DNA of 64,000 nt from a virus (lineage: Duplodnaviria > Heunggongvirae > Uroviricota > Caudoviricetes). The stretch is from the IMG/VR virus record IMGVR_UViG_3300045988_010208; one strand, given 5' to 3'. The position numbers were made by a program, and so were the translations under genes. Within the stretch, counting starts at the first letter, position 1, and each line of letters starts with the position of its first letter. This document shows, piece after piece, positions 41,646 through 50,512 of this stretch. The notes under the pieces were generated by a model, which made no database searches, had not been told where the DNA came from, and saw only the letters and a list, made by a program, of their open reading frames with translations.

Positions 41646-43427
41646 ATGACTAAATCACTTTATGCAGTACCAGCAGGTTTAAACGCAGATGCTTACAAAT
41701 CTGGTCATGTTTACCAGTATCCTAGTGCAACAGAGTACTTGATGTTCAACCTGACACCACGTAGCGACAAATGGTTTAACAGCCCTTTAGCAATTGATGG
41801 TGTAGTGGCTTTTGGTATTCAACGTTTTGTTAAAGATTACTTGATAGACCACTGGAACGCCACTTTCTTTGAACGTGATAAAAAAGAAGCAATTGACGAA
41901 ATCTTAGAAGTCATGAATGGTGTTCTGGGTAAAGATGCTATCGGTCGAGAGCATTGGGAAGCACTTCACGACTTAGGTTATCTGCCAGTTGAAGTATACG
42001 CTGTAGAAGAAGGCACAGTTGTCCCGATGCGTGTCCCAATGATTGTCTTCCAGAACACTGTTTCAGGTTTCCATTGGGTAGCAGGTTATCTGGAAGATGC
42101 TTTCTCTGCTGAGATTTGGAAGGCTTGCACCATTGCAACTATCGCATTGCACTACAAACGTATCTGTAAGAAGTGGGCTGACCTTACTTGCGACAACGAC
42201 TTACATTTACCTTATCAGTGCCATGACTTTGCTATGCGTGGTATGTCCGGCTTTACTGATGACGCATTTAACGCTGTAGGCCACTTAACCAGCTTTAAAG
42301 GAACTGATAGCTTCCCTGCTGTATACACGGCTAAACGCATCTATGGACAGTCTTACCCAATCTGTGATATTGGTAGCTCTGTACCAGCCACTGAACACTC
42401 TGTAATGTGTGCAAACATTGCTTGGGGAGGTGGTAATGAACTGATTGAAGAAGAAAGACGCTTTAAAGGTGAGTTACAAACCTTCCGTCGTTTCTTAACA
42501 GAAACTTACCCAACTGGTATTGCAAGTATTGTTTCAGATACTTATAACTTCTGGAGAACTGTGTCAGAAATCTTACCAGCACTCCGTAAAGAAATTATGG
42601 AACGTGATGGCAAACTGGTAATTCGTCCTGACTCTGGAGACCCTGTACATATTGTCACAGGTTATAAAGCAATCCACTTAGAGTGTGCTAAGAAGGCTTA
42701 TTATGAGCACCTAAGCAAGCTGGAAGCCAGTGACACAATGTTGAATGCTGTTCTGAACATGAAGCTTGAAAACATCAGCTATGGTATTGCTGGATGGCTA
42801 CTGTCAGAAGGCTACGAAATGGTTGTTGACAGAGAAGACTTTGAAGCTGCTGATACAGTGATGTTGAAAAATGCTTATATGGTTGGTTCTGCAAACGTTG
42901 TAACACGCCCTGTAGCTGAGATTGATGGAGCTATTAAGACACTGTACAACATCTTTGGGGGAACTATTAACTCTAAAGGGTTTAAGGTACTGGATGAGCA
43001 CATCGGCCTTATCTATGGTGACTCTATCACGCTGGAACGTGCAAACGAAATCCTGAAGCGTCTGTATGAAATGGGTTTTGCAAGCTCTAACGTAGTGTTT
43101 GGTGTAGGTTCTTACACTTACCAGTACATGACTCGTGACACCTTTGCATTTGCTGTCAAAGCAACTCTTGCAAGCATTGGTGGTAAAGAGATTATGCTTG
43201 CAAAAGACCCTAAAACAGATAGTGGTGTTAAGAAATCTGCCTTTGGTGGTGTAGCACCTATGTGGGATGGGGATAAGCTGAAAGCTGTAGATGGCTATGG
43301 ATTCCAGAGTTTTGCAGATGCACTTGACCACCCAGCTTGTGCTTTACGTTTAGTCTTTAGCGACTCTGAGCAGTTCGGTTACACAACTCTTGGTGATATT
43401 CGAAATAATATTGACAAGCAGCTTTAA
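41646..43427 (+). CDS. nadV: nicotinamide phosphoribosyltransferase-family protein (NAMPT/NadV-like)
   Basis: 593 aa; size and position match phage NadV-type genes paired with a Prs homologue; family call is by recognition, no motif verified. Confidence 0.7.
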   Translation: MTKSLYAVPAGLNADAYKSGHVYQYPSATEYLMFNLTPRSDKWFNSPLAIDGVVAFGIQRFVKDYLIDHWNATFFERDKKEAIDEILEVMNGVLGKDAIGREHWEALHDLGYLPVEVYAVEEGTVVPMRVPMIVFQNTVSGFHWVAGYLEDAFSAEIWKACTIATIALHYKRICKKWADLTCDNDLHLPYQCHDFAMRGMSGFTDDAFNAVGHLTSFKGTDSFPAVYTAKRIYGQSYPICDIGSSVPATEHSVMCANIAWGGGNELIEEERRFKGELQTFRRFLTETYPTGIASIVSDTYNFWRTVSEILPALRKEIMERDGKLVIRPDSGDPVHIVTGYKAIHLECAKKAYYEHLSKLEASDTMLNAVLNMKLENISYGIAGWLLSEGYEMVVDREDFEAADTVMLKNAYMVGSANVVTRPVAEIDGAIKTLYNIFGGTINSKGFKVLDEHIGLIYGDSITLERANEILKRLYEMGFASSNVVFGVGSYTYQYMTRDTFAFAVKATLASIGGKEIMLAKDPKTDSGVKKSAFGGVAPMWDGDKLKAVDGYGFQSFADALDHPACALRLVFSDSEQFGYTTLGDIRNNIDKQL

Positions 43428-43440
43428 AAGTATATGATAA

Positions 43441-43464
43441 GAGGCTCCTACGGGAGCCTTTTTA
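43441..43464 (+). terminator. intrinsic terminator
   Basis: GGCUCC-UACG-GGAGCC hairpin followed by UUUUU; ends the two-gene NAD-salvage unit. Confidence 0.7.
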
Positions 43465-43480
43465 ATTTCTGGAGAAAGAT

Positions 43481-43786
43481 ATGAAAATCAAAGAGATGAA
43501 CATTAACGTTGTCCTAGAAGAACGTTGGGAAAACATTAAGAAACCTGAAGATGGTAAAAAGTTCCTTAACAAAATTTTAGTAGCAGCTAAAGAAGAACTG
43601 ACTGGCAAGATTGCAGCAGCAATCACAATAAAAGTCTGTGTAAAAGGTCTTCCACAACATCACCAATTTGCACTTGACGAGTTTAAAGAAAGCTTCTACA
43701 ATCCAAACAAACAGATACTTGAAAGTAACTTTGCAGTGTCTACAAGTATCGTCCATGACAGAAGCTTTATCCTTTACAAAACATGA
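43481..43786 (+). CDS. hypothetical protein
   Basis: 101-aa ORF. Confidence 0.4.
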   Translation: MKIKEMNINVVLEERWENIKKPEDGKKFLNKILVAAKEELTGKIAAAITIKVCVKGLPQHHQFALDEFKESFYNPNKQILESNFAVSTSIVHDRSFILYKT

Positions 43787-43796
43787 GAGGTGAGTC

Positions 43797-43973
43797 ATGC
43801 AAGCATATTGGATAGAAATTTTACTGTCACTTGGTAGTGTAGCAGTATTTGTTTACCTTCTTTGCAAGTACTATGCAGAGCACAAGAAGTGTGACTACTG
43901 TAACGGAGAAGGGTACACAAGAGCAGGCTGTTGCCCTATGTGTGGTGGTTCTGGTAAAATGTTTAATAAGTAA
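43797..43973 (+). CDS. possible small membrane-anchored Cys-rich (zinc-finger) protein, 58 aa
   Basis: Not in ORF track; GAGGTGA RBS; my translation MQAYWIEILLSLGSVAVFVYLLCKYYAEHKKCDYCNGEGYTRAGCCPMCGGSGKMFNK (CxxCxGxG + CxxCxGxG). Confidence 0.4.
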   Translation: MQAYWIEILLSLGSVAVFVYLLCKYYAEHKKCDYCNGEGYTRAGCCPMCGGSGKMFNK

Positions 43974-44001
43974 TTTAACAGTAAACTAAGAGGAAAGTAT
44001 T

Positions 44002-46368
44002 ATGCGCATGGTAAATGACCACGCAGAAGTGATTAAGAGTTCAACTTCTTTGGAGACATCTCAAGCACAGATTACAATGACACCTGAAATGTTCAGCCTT
44101 CTGAGTTCTGGTGTATACACATTCAAAGAAAGGGCAGTGATTCGTGAACTGTCATGTAATGCAGTAGATGCTCAGAAAGAAGCTGGAAAAGAGAACATCC
44201 CATTCCATGTGCATTTACCTACTCGATTTGAGCCTTACTTTGAAGTCCGTGACTTTGGAACTGGTTTAACCCATGACAAAGTAATGAGTTTGTACCTGAA
44301 CTACGGGGCTTCTACGAAGAATGACTCTAATGATTACATTGGTGCAATGGGTATCGGCTCAAAATCACCATTTGCAATTGCTCAGTCATTCACAGTGTCT
44401 AGCTATGTTGATGGTGTTGTTAATAAGTACTCTGTTTACCTTGAGAATGGTATCCCTCAAGTAACTAAGCTTACTACTAACCCAACAAATGAACCTAATG
44501 GCTTAGCTGTACGTGTGGCAGTTGCTGACCACCGTATTTCAAAGTTCTTTGAAGAGGCTGGTCACGTATACTCATACTTTGCTGTAAAACCAGAAAGTAA
44601 CATTGTATATGATGATGTGTTAGCAGATATGAACGTCATTGCTCGTGAAGAAGGTGTTTATGATGCCATGATTCATAAGCAAAGCTGGCGTTCTAGTGGT
44701 AACAGGACAGAGTTTAATGTGGTGATGGGTAATATTGCCTATCCAGTGAACATGGAAGCATTACTTGGTGATGATTTCTTCAAAGTCTTGCCAGAGTTTT
44801 TCCGTAGGAGCGTAGACCTTGTAAACATTTACATGCCTATTGGTTCAGTCGCTATTGCAGCTTCTCGTGAAGCATTGCAGATGAATGATACGACAAAAAA
44901 TGTTATCATTGAGGCTACTAAAAAGATAACTGAAGCAATTACAAAGGATGTTATCAAGAAAGTTAATAGCCAACCTACACTCATGGATGCTGCACAGGCT
45001 TATGCAGAGTTACGTTTGAACTCACGAGAAATGTTTAATGCTGTGTGTCCAAAGCTAGAGTGGGGAGGTGTTAAGCTTGATTCTCTGGAAGAAGAATTGC
45101 TAAACATTCGTCGTGGGATTATCTACGCAGAAGACGGCTCAGTCATTTATGAACGTGACGGTAAAGGTAATATCAAGGTTGATAGGAACGGGAACAATAT
45201 CCCTAAAGTGGATTATCTTTATAATCCAGTTGCTTATGTCAAGTTCAACTCTTTAGAGAGTAAGATTCGTGCAACAGCACTTTCCTACACTCAAGAGGCA
45301 AGTATGTTCAATATCTTTGGTGCAATGCGTAAAAGCCAAATTGAACAGTTTTTGTTCGTGATAAATGACCGTCGTAATAAAAATGGCACTGAGAAGACTG
45401 TAGGCCGCAATCAGATTCTGCGTGGTGCATGTCGAGATTACGCCAATGAGTCAAATCTGTTTCACAGATACAATGGTATTGTGTTTGTATTCTCGACTGA
45501 AAAAGAGTTAGATGATTTAATCAACCTGCATAAACTTGATAAAAGTTTGTTAAAGATTGTGAAAATGTCTGATAAGGAGCACCATTACCAGCGTAAAGAA
45601 GCTGTCAGGGGTGTTGTAAAACTCTGGAAAGCAGTTCCGGCAGAAGGTGTAGCCTCCTACAAAGAGGTGTCAGAAGACTTAGACACAATTGAAGAACCTC
45701 AGCTTTACATTAAGGCAGTTGGTGACACAGTTGATGGCGAATGTTTTTGCTCATCTCCAGAAGATGTAGCTAAGTCAGTTGCTAATGTTATAGGGAAGAC
45801 AGTCTATGTTTTCCGAAAAGCAAATTGGAAAAAGATACCAGAAGACTGGATTGAAGTAGATGAGAAGCTCTTGAACGACAGCTTAACTGATGTTCATTGG
45901 ATTAATCATAACAGGTATATGACACGCATCTACATGAATGGTGTTCTTGACCTTACAAGCAGTTGGATTATTGCCAGAAACTTTACATTCAATAACAGGA
46001 AGATTTCTCGTGGCTATTGCTATTCACGAGATACTAGCAAAACTATCTTCCTAGAAGGTAATGAAGAGGCTGTAGAGGCTATGTTCGGTAAAATCCAGTA
46101 TGTTGCTGCACCGTTTGCATACACTTACACTATTAGTAGATTGCAAACTTTGAAAGAATGCCTTGACAATGATACAAAACTGTACAAGAAAATTAAGAAA
46201 GCTGGTGACCGCATGGTCATTAAGGTGACAAACTACCTTTCAAAAAGAAAACAAGAGAACTTCTTGCTTTCTCATTTAGATTGGAATAAAGTGTCACCCA
46301 TCGAAGTGAGTAAGTTCTTAGGCTTTGATGTGAAGTGTGTTCCAGAAGGGACTACAATTTACGATTAA
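44002..46368 (+). CDS. rIIA: rIIA-like protein with N-terminal GHKL-type ATPase motifs
   Basis: 788 aa; N-terminal RELSCNAVDAQ, RDFGTGL and GAMGIGSKSPF boxes as in T4 rIIA / GHKL ATPases. Confidence 0.65.
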   Translation: MRMVNDHAEVIKSSTSLETSQAQITMTPEMFSLLSSGVYTFKERAVIRELSCNAVDAQKEAGKENIPFHVHLPTRFEPYFEVRDFGTGLTHDKVMSLYLNYGASTKNDSNDYIGAMGIGSKSPFAIAQSFTVSSYVDGVVNKYSVYLENGIPQVTKLTTNPTNEPNGLAVRVAVADHRISKFFEEAGHVYSYFAVKPESNIVYDDVLADMNVIAREEGVYDAMIHKQSWRSSGNRTEFNVVMGNIAYPVNMEALLGDDFFKVLPEFFRRSVDLVNIYMPIGSVAIAASREALQMNDTTKNVIIEATKKITEAITKDVIKKVNSQPTLMDAAQAYAELRLNSREMFNAVCPKLEWGGVKLDSLEEELLNIRRGIIYAEDGSVIYERDGKGNIKVDRNGNNIPKVDYLYNPVAYVKFNSLESKIRATALSYTQEASMFNIFGAMRKSQIEQFLFVINDRRNKNGTEKTVGRNQILRGACRDYANESNLFHRYNGIVFVFSTEKELDDLINLHKLDKSLLKIVKMSDKEHHYQRKEAVRGVVKLWKAVPAEGVASYKEVSEDLDTIEEPQLYIKAVGDTVDGECFCSSPEDVAKSVANVIGKTVYVFRKANWKKIPEDWIEVDEKLLNDSLTDVHWINHNRYMTRIYMNGVLDLTSSWIIARNFTFNNRKISRGYCYSRDTSKTIFLEGNEEAVEAMFGKIQYVAAPFAYTYTISRLQTLKECLDNDTKLYKKIKKAGDRMVIKVTNYLSKRKQENFLLSHLDWNKVSPIEVSKFLGFDVKCVPEGTTIYD

Positions 46369-46373
46369 AGTGT

Positions 46374-46403
46374 TTGACAAGGGGCTTCAAAGCCCCTTAG
46401 AAT
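46374..46403 (+). promoter_or_regulatory. promoter-like element with hairpin in spacer
   Basis: TTGACA, then GGGGCTT-CAA-AGCCCC hairpin, then TAGAAT at 18-nt spacing; about 45 nt upstream of 46448. Confidence 0.4.
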
Positions 46404-46447
46404 AGCCTTACAAAATGGTTTATTAACTAACAAGAGAGAGTAATAAG

Positions 46448-47557
46448 ATGACTACTAAAACTAAAGCACAGATTGACGCAGAAATTTACAAACTGGTTAA
46501 AGAAGGTAAGCTGACTAAAACAGCTATTGCACAGAAATTTAATACTTCAACCCGTTCAGTTGGTCGTGCTGTAGAGCGTCATGAAGCAACCTTAAAAGGT
46601 AATAAGAAGGCGACTTCTACACCAGCTACGAAGACTTTGAAACAAGTTGCTAAGACTTTTAAAAAGAAATCTGGCAAACAAGTTGAAAAGGTCGTTAAAG
46701 ATGCTGTACAGAAAGCTCCAGTAAATAAACTGCATGAAGCTATGCAGAAAGATGACAAAATTGAGTACATGATTACTGGTGACTCTGTAATTATGACTTA
46801 CGGTTCAGAGTCTGAAATTGTTGAATCTACTCATCCGAACTATCAAGAGATTGTAGTTCATGTTGTGAAAGGTGAGTTCAAGAAAGCCTTTGAACTGATG
46901 AACATTCGTAAGTCTATCGAAAACTTCACTCAGGGTGCTATCACAATCAAAGGTGACAAGTTATTCTACGGTGCTGTTGAGATGCGCTCTACTCTGGTTG
47001 ACCGTATTCTTCACATGATGAAGACTGGAGATAAAGGTTTTGAACGCCTTGTGATGTTCTTCGAAAAACTGATGGAAAACCCATCTAAAGACTCTGTAGA
47101 ACAACTTTGGGGCTTTGTATCTCACCTTGATGTTGAAATTGATGAAGAAGGCTACATCATTGGTTGGAAGAAAGTCTCTACTCGTGAAGGTAAGCTGGTT
47201 GACTCCCACACCTACAGAGTACCTAATGATTTGGGTAACATTGTAGAGATGCCACGTTGGATGGTTGATAATAACCGTAACGTAACTTGCTCTCAAGGTC
47301 TTCATGTTGGTGCTTGGGATTATGTTCGTTGCTTCTCAGGTGATACAATCCTGAAGGTTCGTGTCCATCCACGAGATGTTGTATCTGTTCCAACTGATTA
47401 CAATGATATGAAGATGCGCTCGTCTCGTTATGAAGTTGCAGCAATCGTTGATAGTCAACGTAAAGTGCTGAAAGCATGGGATGGCAAGACTGACGCTTTA
47501 CATGTCATCGTCGGTACTGCTGGAGAACTTATCTCCCAACGTAAACGTGAAATCTAA
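46448..47557 (+). CDS. rIIB: putative rIIB-like protein
   Basis: 369-aa ORF immediately downstream of the rIIA-like gene; N-terminal HTH-like segment; call rests on synteny. Confidence 0.4.
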   Translation: MTTKTKAQIDAEIYKLVKEGKLTKTAIAQKFNTSTRSVGRAVERHEATLKGNKKATSTPATKTLKQVAKTFKKKSGKQVEKVVKDAVQKAPVNKLHEAMQKDDKIEYMITGDSVIMTYGSESEIVESTHPNYQEIVVHVVKGEFKKAFELMNIRKSIENFTQGAITIKGDKLFYGAVEMRSTLVDRILHMMKTGDKGFERLVMFFEKLMENPSKDSVEQLWGFVSHLDVEIDEEGYIIGWKKVSTREGKLVDSHTYRVPNDLGNIVEMPRWMVDNNRNVTCSQGLHVGAWDYVRCFSGDTILKVRVHPRDVVSVPTDYNDMKMRSSRYEVAAIVDSQRKVLKAWDGKTDALHVIVGTAGELISQRKREI

Positions 47558-47572
47558 TAAGTAATTTCTTAA

Positions 47573-47596
47573 AAGGCTGCTTCGGCGGCCTTTTTT
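47573..47596 (+). terminator. intrinsic terminator
   Basis: GGCUGC-UUCG-GCGGCC hairpin followed by UUUUUUAUUU. Confidence 0.65.
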
Positions 47597-47657
47597 ATTT
47601 GTATTTTGTGCAGAGTGCTGTATAATTGTTGTCACGATAAACTAAACAGGAGAACCA

Positions 47658-48206
47658 ATGAAGAAATTGATTCTAGGTTTGTGCTTAATGTTTACAGCAC
47701 ACTTATCTTATGCAGTTGACTGCCCAGAGCTATCAATTAGCCAAAAAGTAAACATGTTAAAAGCTTACCAGTATGGTGAGAATAACATGGGTAAAGGTTG
47801 GGGTATCACTCTAGCTGCTATAGCCTTACAAGAGTCAGAGTTAGGTCTGAAGGTAGAGAATAAAAAGACGCATGATTATGGTATTTTCCAGAATCACTTG
47901 AAGACTGTTGTAAAGCGTAACAAAATCAGTCCTAATGTGGCTAAAAAGAAACTCTTAAAAGACTTTGACTATGCTGCGAAGGAAACGCACAAAGAGCTTG
48001 AGTTTTGGACAAAGGTACATGGTCAGCCAAAGTCAAAGAAGACTTTACAAAAAGTTTTAGCATCATATAATGCTGGGTATTCGTACAGAATCCCTAAAGC
48101 TAAGAAATATTCTCAAGATGTTTATAACAATATGAAAGTAATTGCTCAATGTGAATTTGCAACAAACATTTCTAAGGTAGACCATGAAAAAATTAAGAAA
48201 GTCTGA
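47658..48206 (+). CDS. secreted lytic transglycosylase (SLT domain)
   Basis: 182 aa; signal peptide MKKLILGLCLMFTAHLSYA; SLT motifs LQESELG (catalytic E-S), YGIFQ, SYNAGYSY. Confidence 0.6.
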   Translation: MKKLILGLCLMFTAHLSYAVDCPELSISQKVNMLKAYQYGENNMGKGWGITLAAIALQESELGLKVENKKTHDYGIFQNHLKTVVKRNKISPNVAKKKLLKDFDYAAKETHKELEFWTKVHGQPKSKKTLQKVLASYNAGYSYRIPKAKKYSQDVYNNMKVIAQCEFATNISKVDHEKIKKV

Positions 48207-48879
48207 TGAAGTATTGTGCCATGCTTATGACTTACATCCTCATGAGTTAGGACTTGATTCCTGTGTATGGACTCCAGAACAGTGCAGGGATTTTGAAGAC
48301 ACCGCAAGAGAAGTTGTATGTTCACTTGAAGAGTTCCACACATCAGAACCAATTGTGAACGTTGTGGACAAAGAGACTGGGCAATCAATAGGTGTAAAAC
48401 GTGATAGTTTAGTCATAATCAATAAAGACCTTATAGAAAAAGGGAATCTCATCTTAGCAGATATTGATGGTGTTCTTACAAATTTTAATCACGAAGATTG
48501 TTCAACGGAATTGACTGATGGCTCATTTTCACAGTACACTAATCTTCTTGACTCTGTAAGAGCAAAACCAACGTATGTTTTCAATATCATTGATGCAATT
48601 GCTAATCATGCTGCCGTTGGACTCTTGACAGCGAGAGGCGAATCTCAGAGAATACCCACTGAGATGTTTTTAAGGCATAACACGGAGCATGACTACATGC
48701 TTTTTATGCGTGGTTTTGGGACTAACTCTATAAGTGCAGAAAGTTTGAAAGTGAGGATGATTCAGTCTTGCATCCTGCCTTACTTTAATATAGTATGTTT
48801 TATAGAAGACACAGAGAAGAATGTGCAGAAGGTGAACAGAATCCTTCCACACATTAAAACCATGTTAGTTAAACATTGA
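48184..48879 (+). CDS. putative HAD-superfamily phosphatase
   Basis: 231 aa; HAD motif I ILADIDGVLT, motif II-like GLLTARGE, motif IV-like FIEDTEKN. Confidence 0.4.
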   Translation: MKKLRKSDEVLCHAYDLHPHELGLDSCVWTPEQCRDFEDTAREVVCSLEEFHTSEPIVNVVDKETGQSIGVKRDSLVIINKDLIEKGNLILADIDGVLTNFNHEDCSTELTDGSFSQYTNLLDSVRAKPTYVFNIIDAIANHAAVGLLTARGESQRIPTEMFLRHNTEHDYMLFMRGFGTNSISAESLKVRMIQSCILPYFNIVCFIEDTEKNVQKVNRILPHIKTMLVKH

Positions 48880-48889
48880 GAGAAAACTT

Positions 48890-49354
48890 ATGAACAATAT
48901 CATTACGGTAGCACTGGACGATACGGTAAACAAATCTGCAATAGTTCGTAAAATGATTCAAGGTAACTTTGAAGGTAAAATTTTTCGTGCTGTTAATGTA
49001 AAAGCTGATGGCAGCATTCGTGAATATCGTGCATTATTGAATGTTAAAAAACACGTAAAAGGTGCTGGTTCAACGACTGCACACAAAGAAAACCTGATGA
49101 CTATCTATGATATGGGTAAGGCTTCAGAGTTAGGTGCTGAAGGTATCGTTAAAGAAGGTGCTCCGTATCGCTCTTTCAATCTGGAAACTACTCTTATGCT
49201 TTCCTTTACAAGTGGTTCTAAAACAATCACTTATCTCTTTACTGATGCTGCAACGGTATCTGCTATCAAGGATAGCACTGTCAAAGCTGGGGTAGCTGCT
49301 GCTGCAAAAGCTTCTTCGATGGCTGCAAATGTCCTTGCTAAAGTCCTCGGTTAA
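48890..49354 (+). CDS. hypothetical protein
   Basis: 154-aa ORF with Ala-rich C-terminus; followed by a terminator. Confidence 0.4.
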   Translation: MNNIITVALDDTVNKSAIVRKMIQGNFEGKIFRAVNVKADGSIREYRALLNVKKHVKGAGSTTAHKENLMTIYDMGKASELGAEGIVKEGAPYRSFNLETTLMLSFTSGSKTITYLFTDAATVSAIKDSTVKAGVAAAAKASSMAANVLAKVLG

Positions 49355-49365
49355 GGTTAAGATAC

Positions 49366-49388
49366 AGGCTCCTTCGGGAGCCTTTTTC
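49366..49388 (+). terminator. intrinsic terminator
   Basis: GGCUCC-UUCG-GGAGCC hairpin followed by UUUUU. Confidence 0.7.
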
Positions 49389-49406
49389 ATTTCAGGAGAT
49401 TGTTAA

Positions 49407-49754
49407 ATGACATTTAAAGAGTTCTGTCAAGCCACTTTCATAATTGTTTTCTTAGTTGGGGCAGGTGTCTGGGGAGGATACTCTTACAGAGACTATCAAG
49501 TTGCTGAAACTGAGCTAAACAACCAAAAGCTCATAAGTGTTGCTAAAGATGCTTATCAGGAAGGATTAGTCACACTGAGCACCAATTACAAAAATGATTT
49601 GAAAGATGTGCTTGCTAAGAATAAGCATACAAAAGAGGTACTAACATATGAAAAAACTAAGCCAGAGTTTTATAATGTTTGTGTTACTGATAACTATGTC
49701 AGGGTGTTCAACGAACAAAGTGAGCAGTACATTCAAAAACTCCCAAGTAAGTGA
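49407..49754 (+). CDS. candidate i-spanin (inner-membrane anchored periplasmic protein)
   Basis: 115 aa; N-terminal TM helix FIIVFLVGAGVWGGY then charged helical region; 3' end overlapped out of frame by a lipoprotein ORF. Confidence 0.4.
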   Translation: MTFKEFCQATFIIVFLVGAGVWGGYSYRDYQVAETELNNQKLISVAKDAYQEGLVTLSTNYKNDLKDVLAKNKHTKEVLTYEKTKPEFYNVCVTDNYVRVFNEQSEQYIQKLPSK

Positions 49755-49917
49755 GAGTGATAAGTACACTCAAGAAGAATCACGGTACATCATCAAAGGC
49801 AACACAGGCAGTGATGTAGCAGCAGCCCTTGAGTTCTATCGTGATGGATTTTACCAGTGCACAATCAAAGCTAATAACCTTATTGATATGATTTTATTAG
49901 GGAATAAGCAGCAATGA
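49648..49917 (+). CDS. candidate o-spanin (outer-membrane lipoprotein)
   Basis: 89 aa; signal peptide MKKLSQSFIMFVLLITMSGC with lipobox-like MSGC; starts inside 49407-49754 in another frame. Confidence 0.4.
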   Translation: MKKLSQSFIMFVLLITMSGCSTNKVSSTFKNSQVSESDKYTQEESRYIIKGNTGSDVAAALEFYRDGFYQCTIKANNLIDMILLGNKQQ

Positions 49918-50183
49918 CAGAGAATCAAGATACTTTCTATGTAGAAGGTTACTTACTGTTACCACGACCAAAAGAAACTTATATGCGAATTGATTTCTCA
50001 CCAACCATCATGGATAATGTGATGTGCCATCTCTTTATGCAAGGTGTCACAGCACAACTTAAGCATGTTGGCAAAGAGTGCAAAATAAAGGTTGACACTC
50101 ATCCAGAAATCAAAGAGAATCACTACACATGGTTCTTACCAGACTCTAAAGAAATCTTAGCAGTTCTTAAAACGAGGAAGTAA
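49914..50183 (+). CDS. hypothetical protein
   Basis: 89-aa ORF. Confidence 0.35.
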   Translation: MTENQDTFYVEGYLLLPRPKETYMRIDFSPTIMDNVMCHLFMQGVTAQLKHVGKECKIKVDTHPEIKENHYTWFLPDSKEILAVLKTRK

Positions 50184-50185
50184 CT

Positions 50186-50512
50186 ATGCAGATTAATGGA
50201 AGAGATTTTGTAGCTGTTTACTACGAGAAAGGTAAAGAAGTTGGCGTAGCACAAGTATCTTATGGCAATGGTAAGTGGCTATATGGAACAATCGCAGTAG
50301 TAGGCACAAGAAGTGATACAAAAACCTTTAAAGATTGTGTTGACCTTCTTGAAGAATCCATCCAGAATCATTGGTGTCTGATATGGATGACTGACAATGA
50401 AGTGATAGAACGTTTCAAAAAGATTGATATCAACATTGACAGTATTGAGCATGTTGATTTATATGAACTAACTGAGAAGGTAAACTATGAAAGTAATACT
50501 AGCCAGAGATAA
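50186..50512 (+). CDS. hypothetical protein
   Basis: 108-aa ORF. Confidence 0.35.
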   Translation: MQINGRDFVAVYYEKGKEVGVAQVSYGNGKWLYGTIAVVGTRSDTKTFKDCVDLLEESIQNHWCLIWMTDNEVIERFKKIDINIDSIEHVDLYELTEKVNYESNTSQR

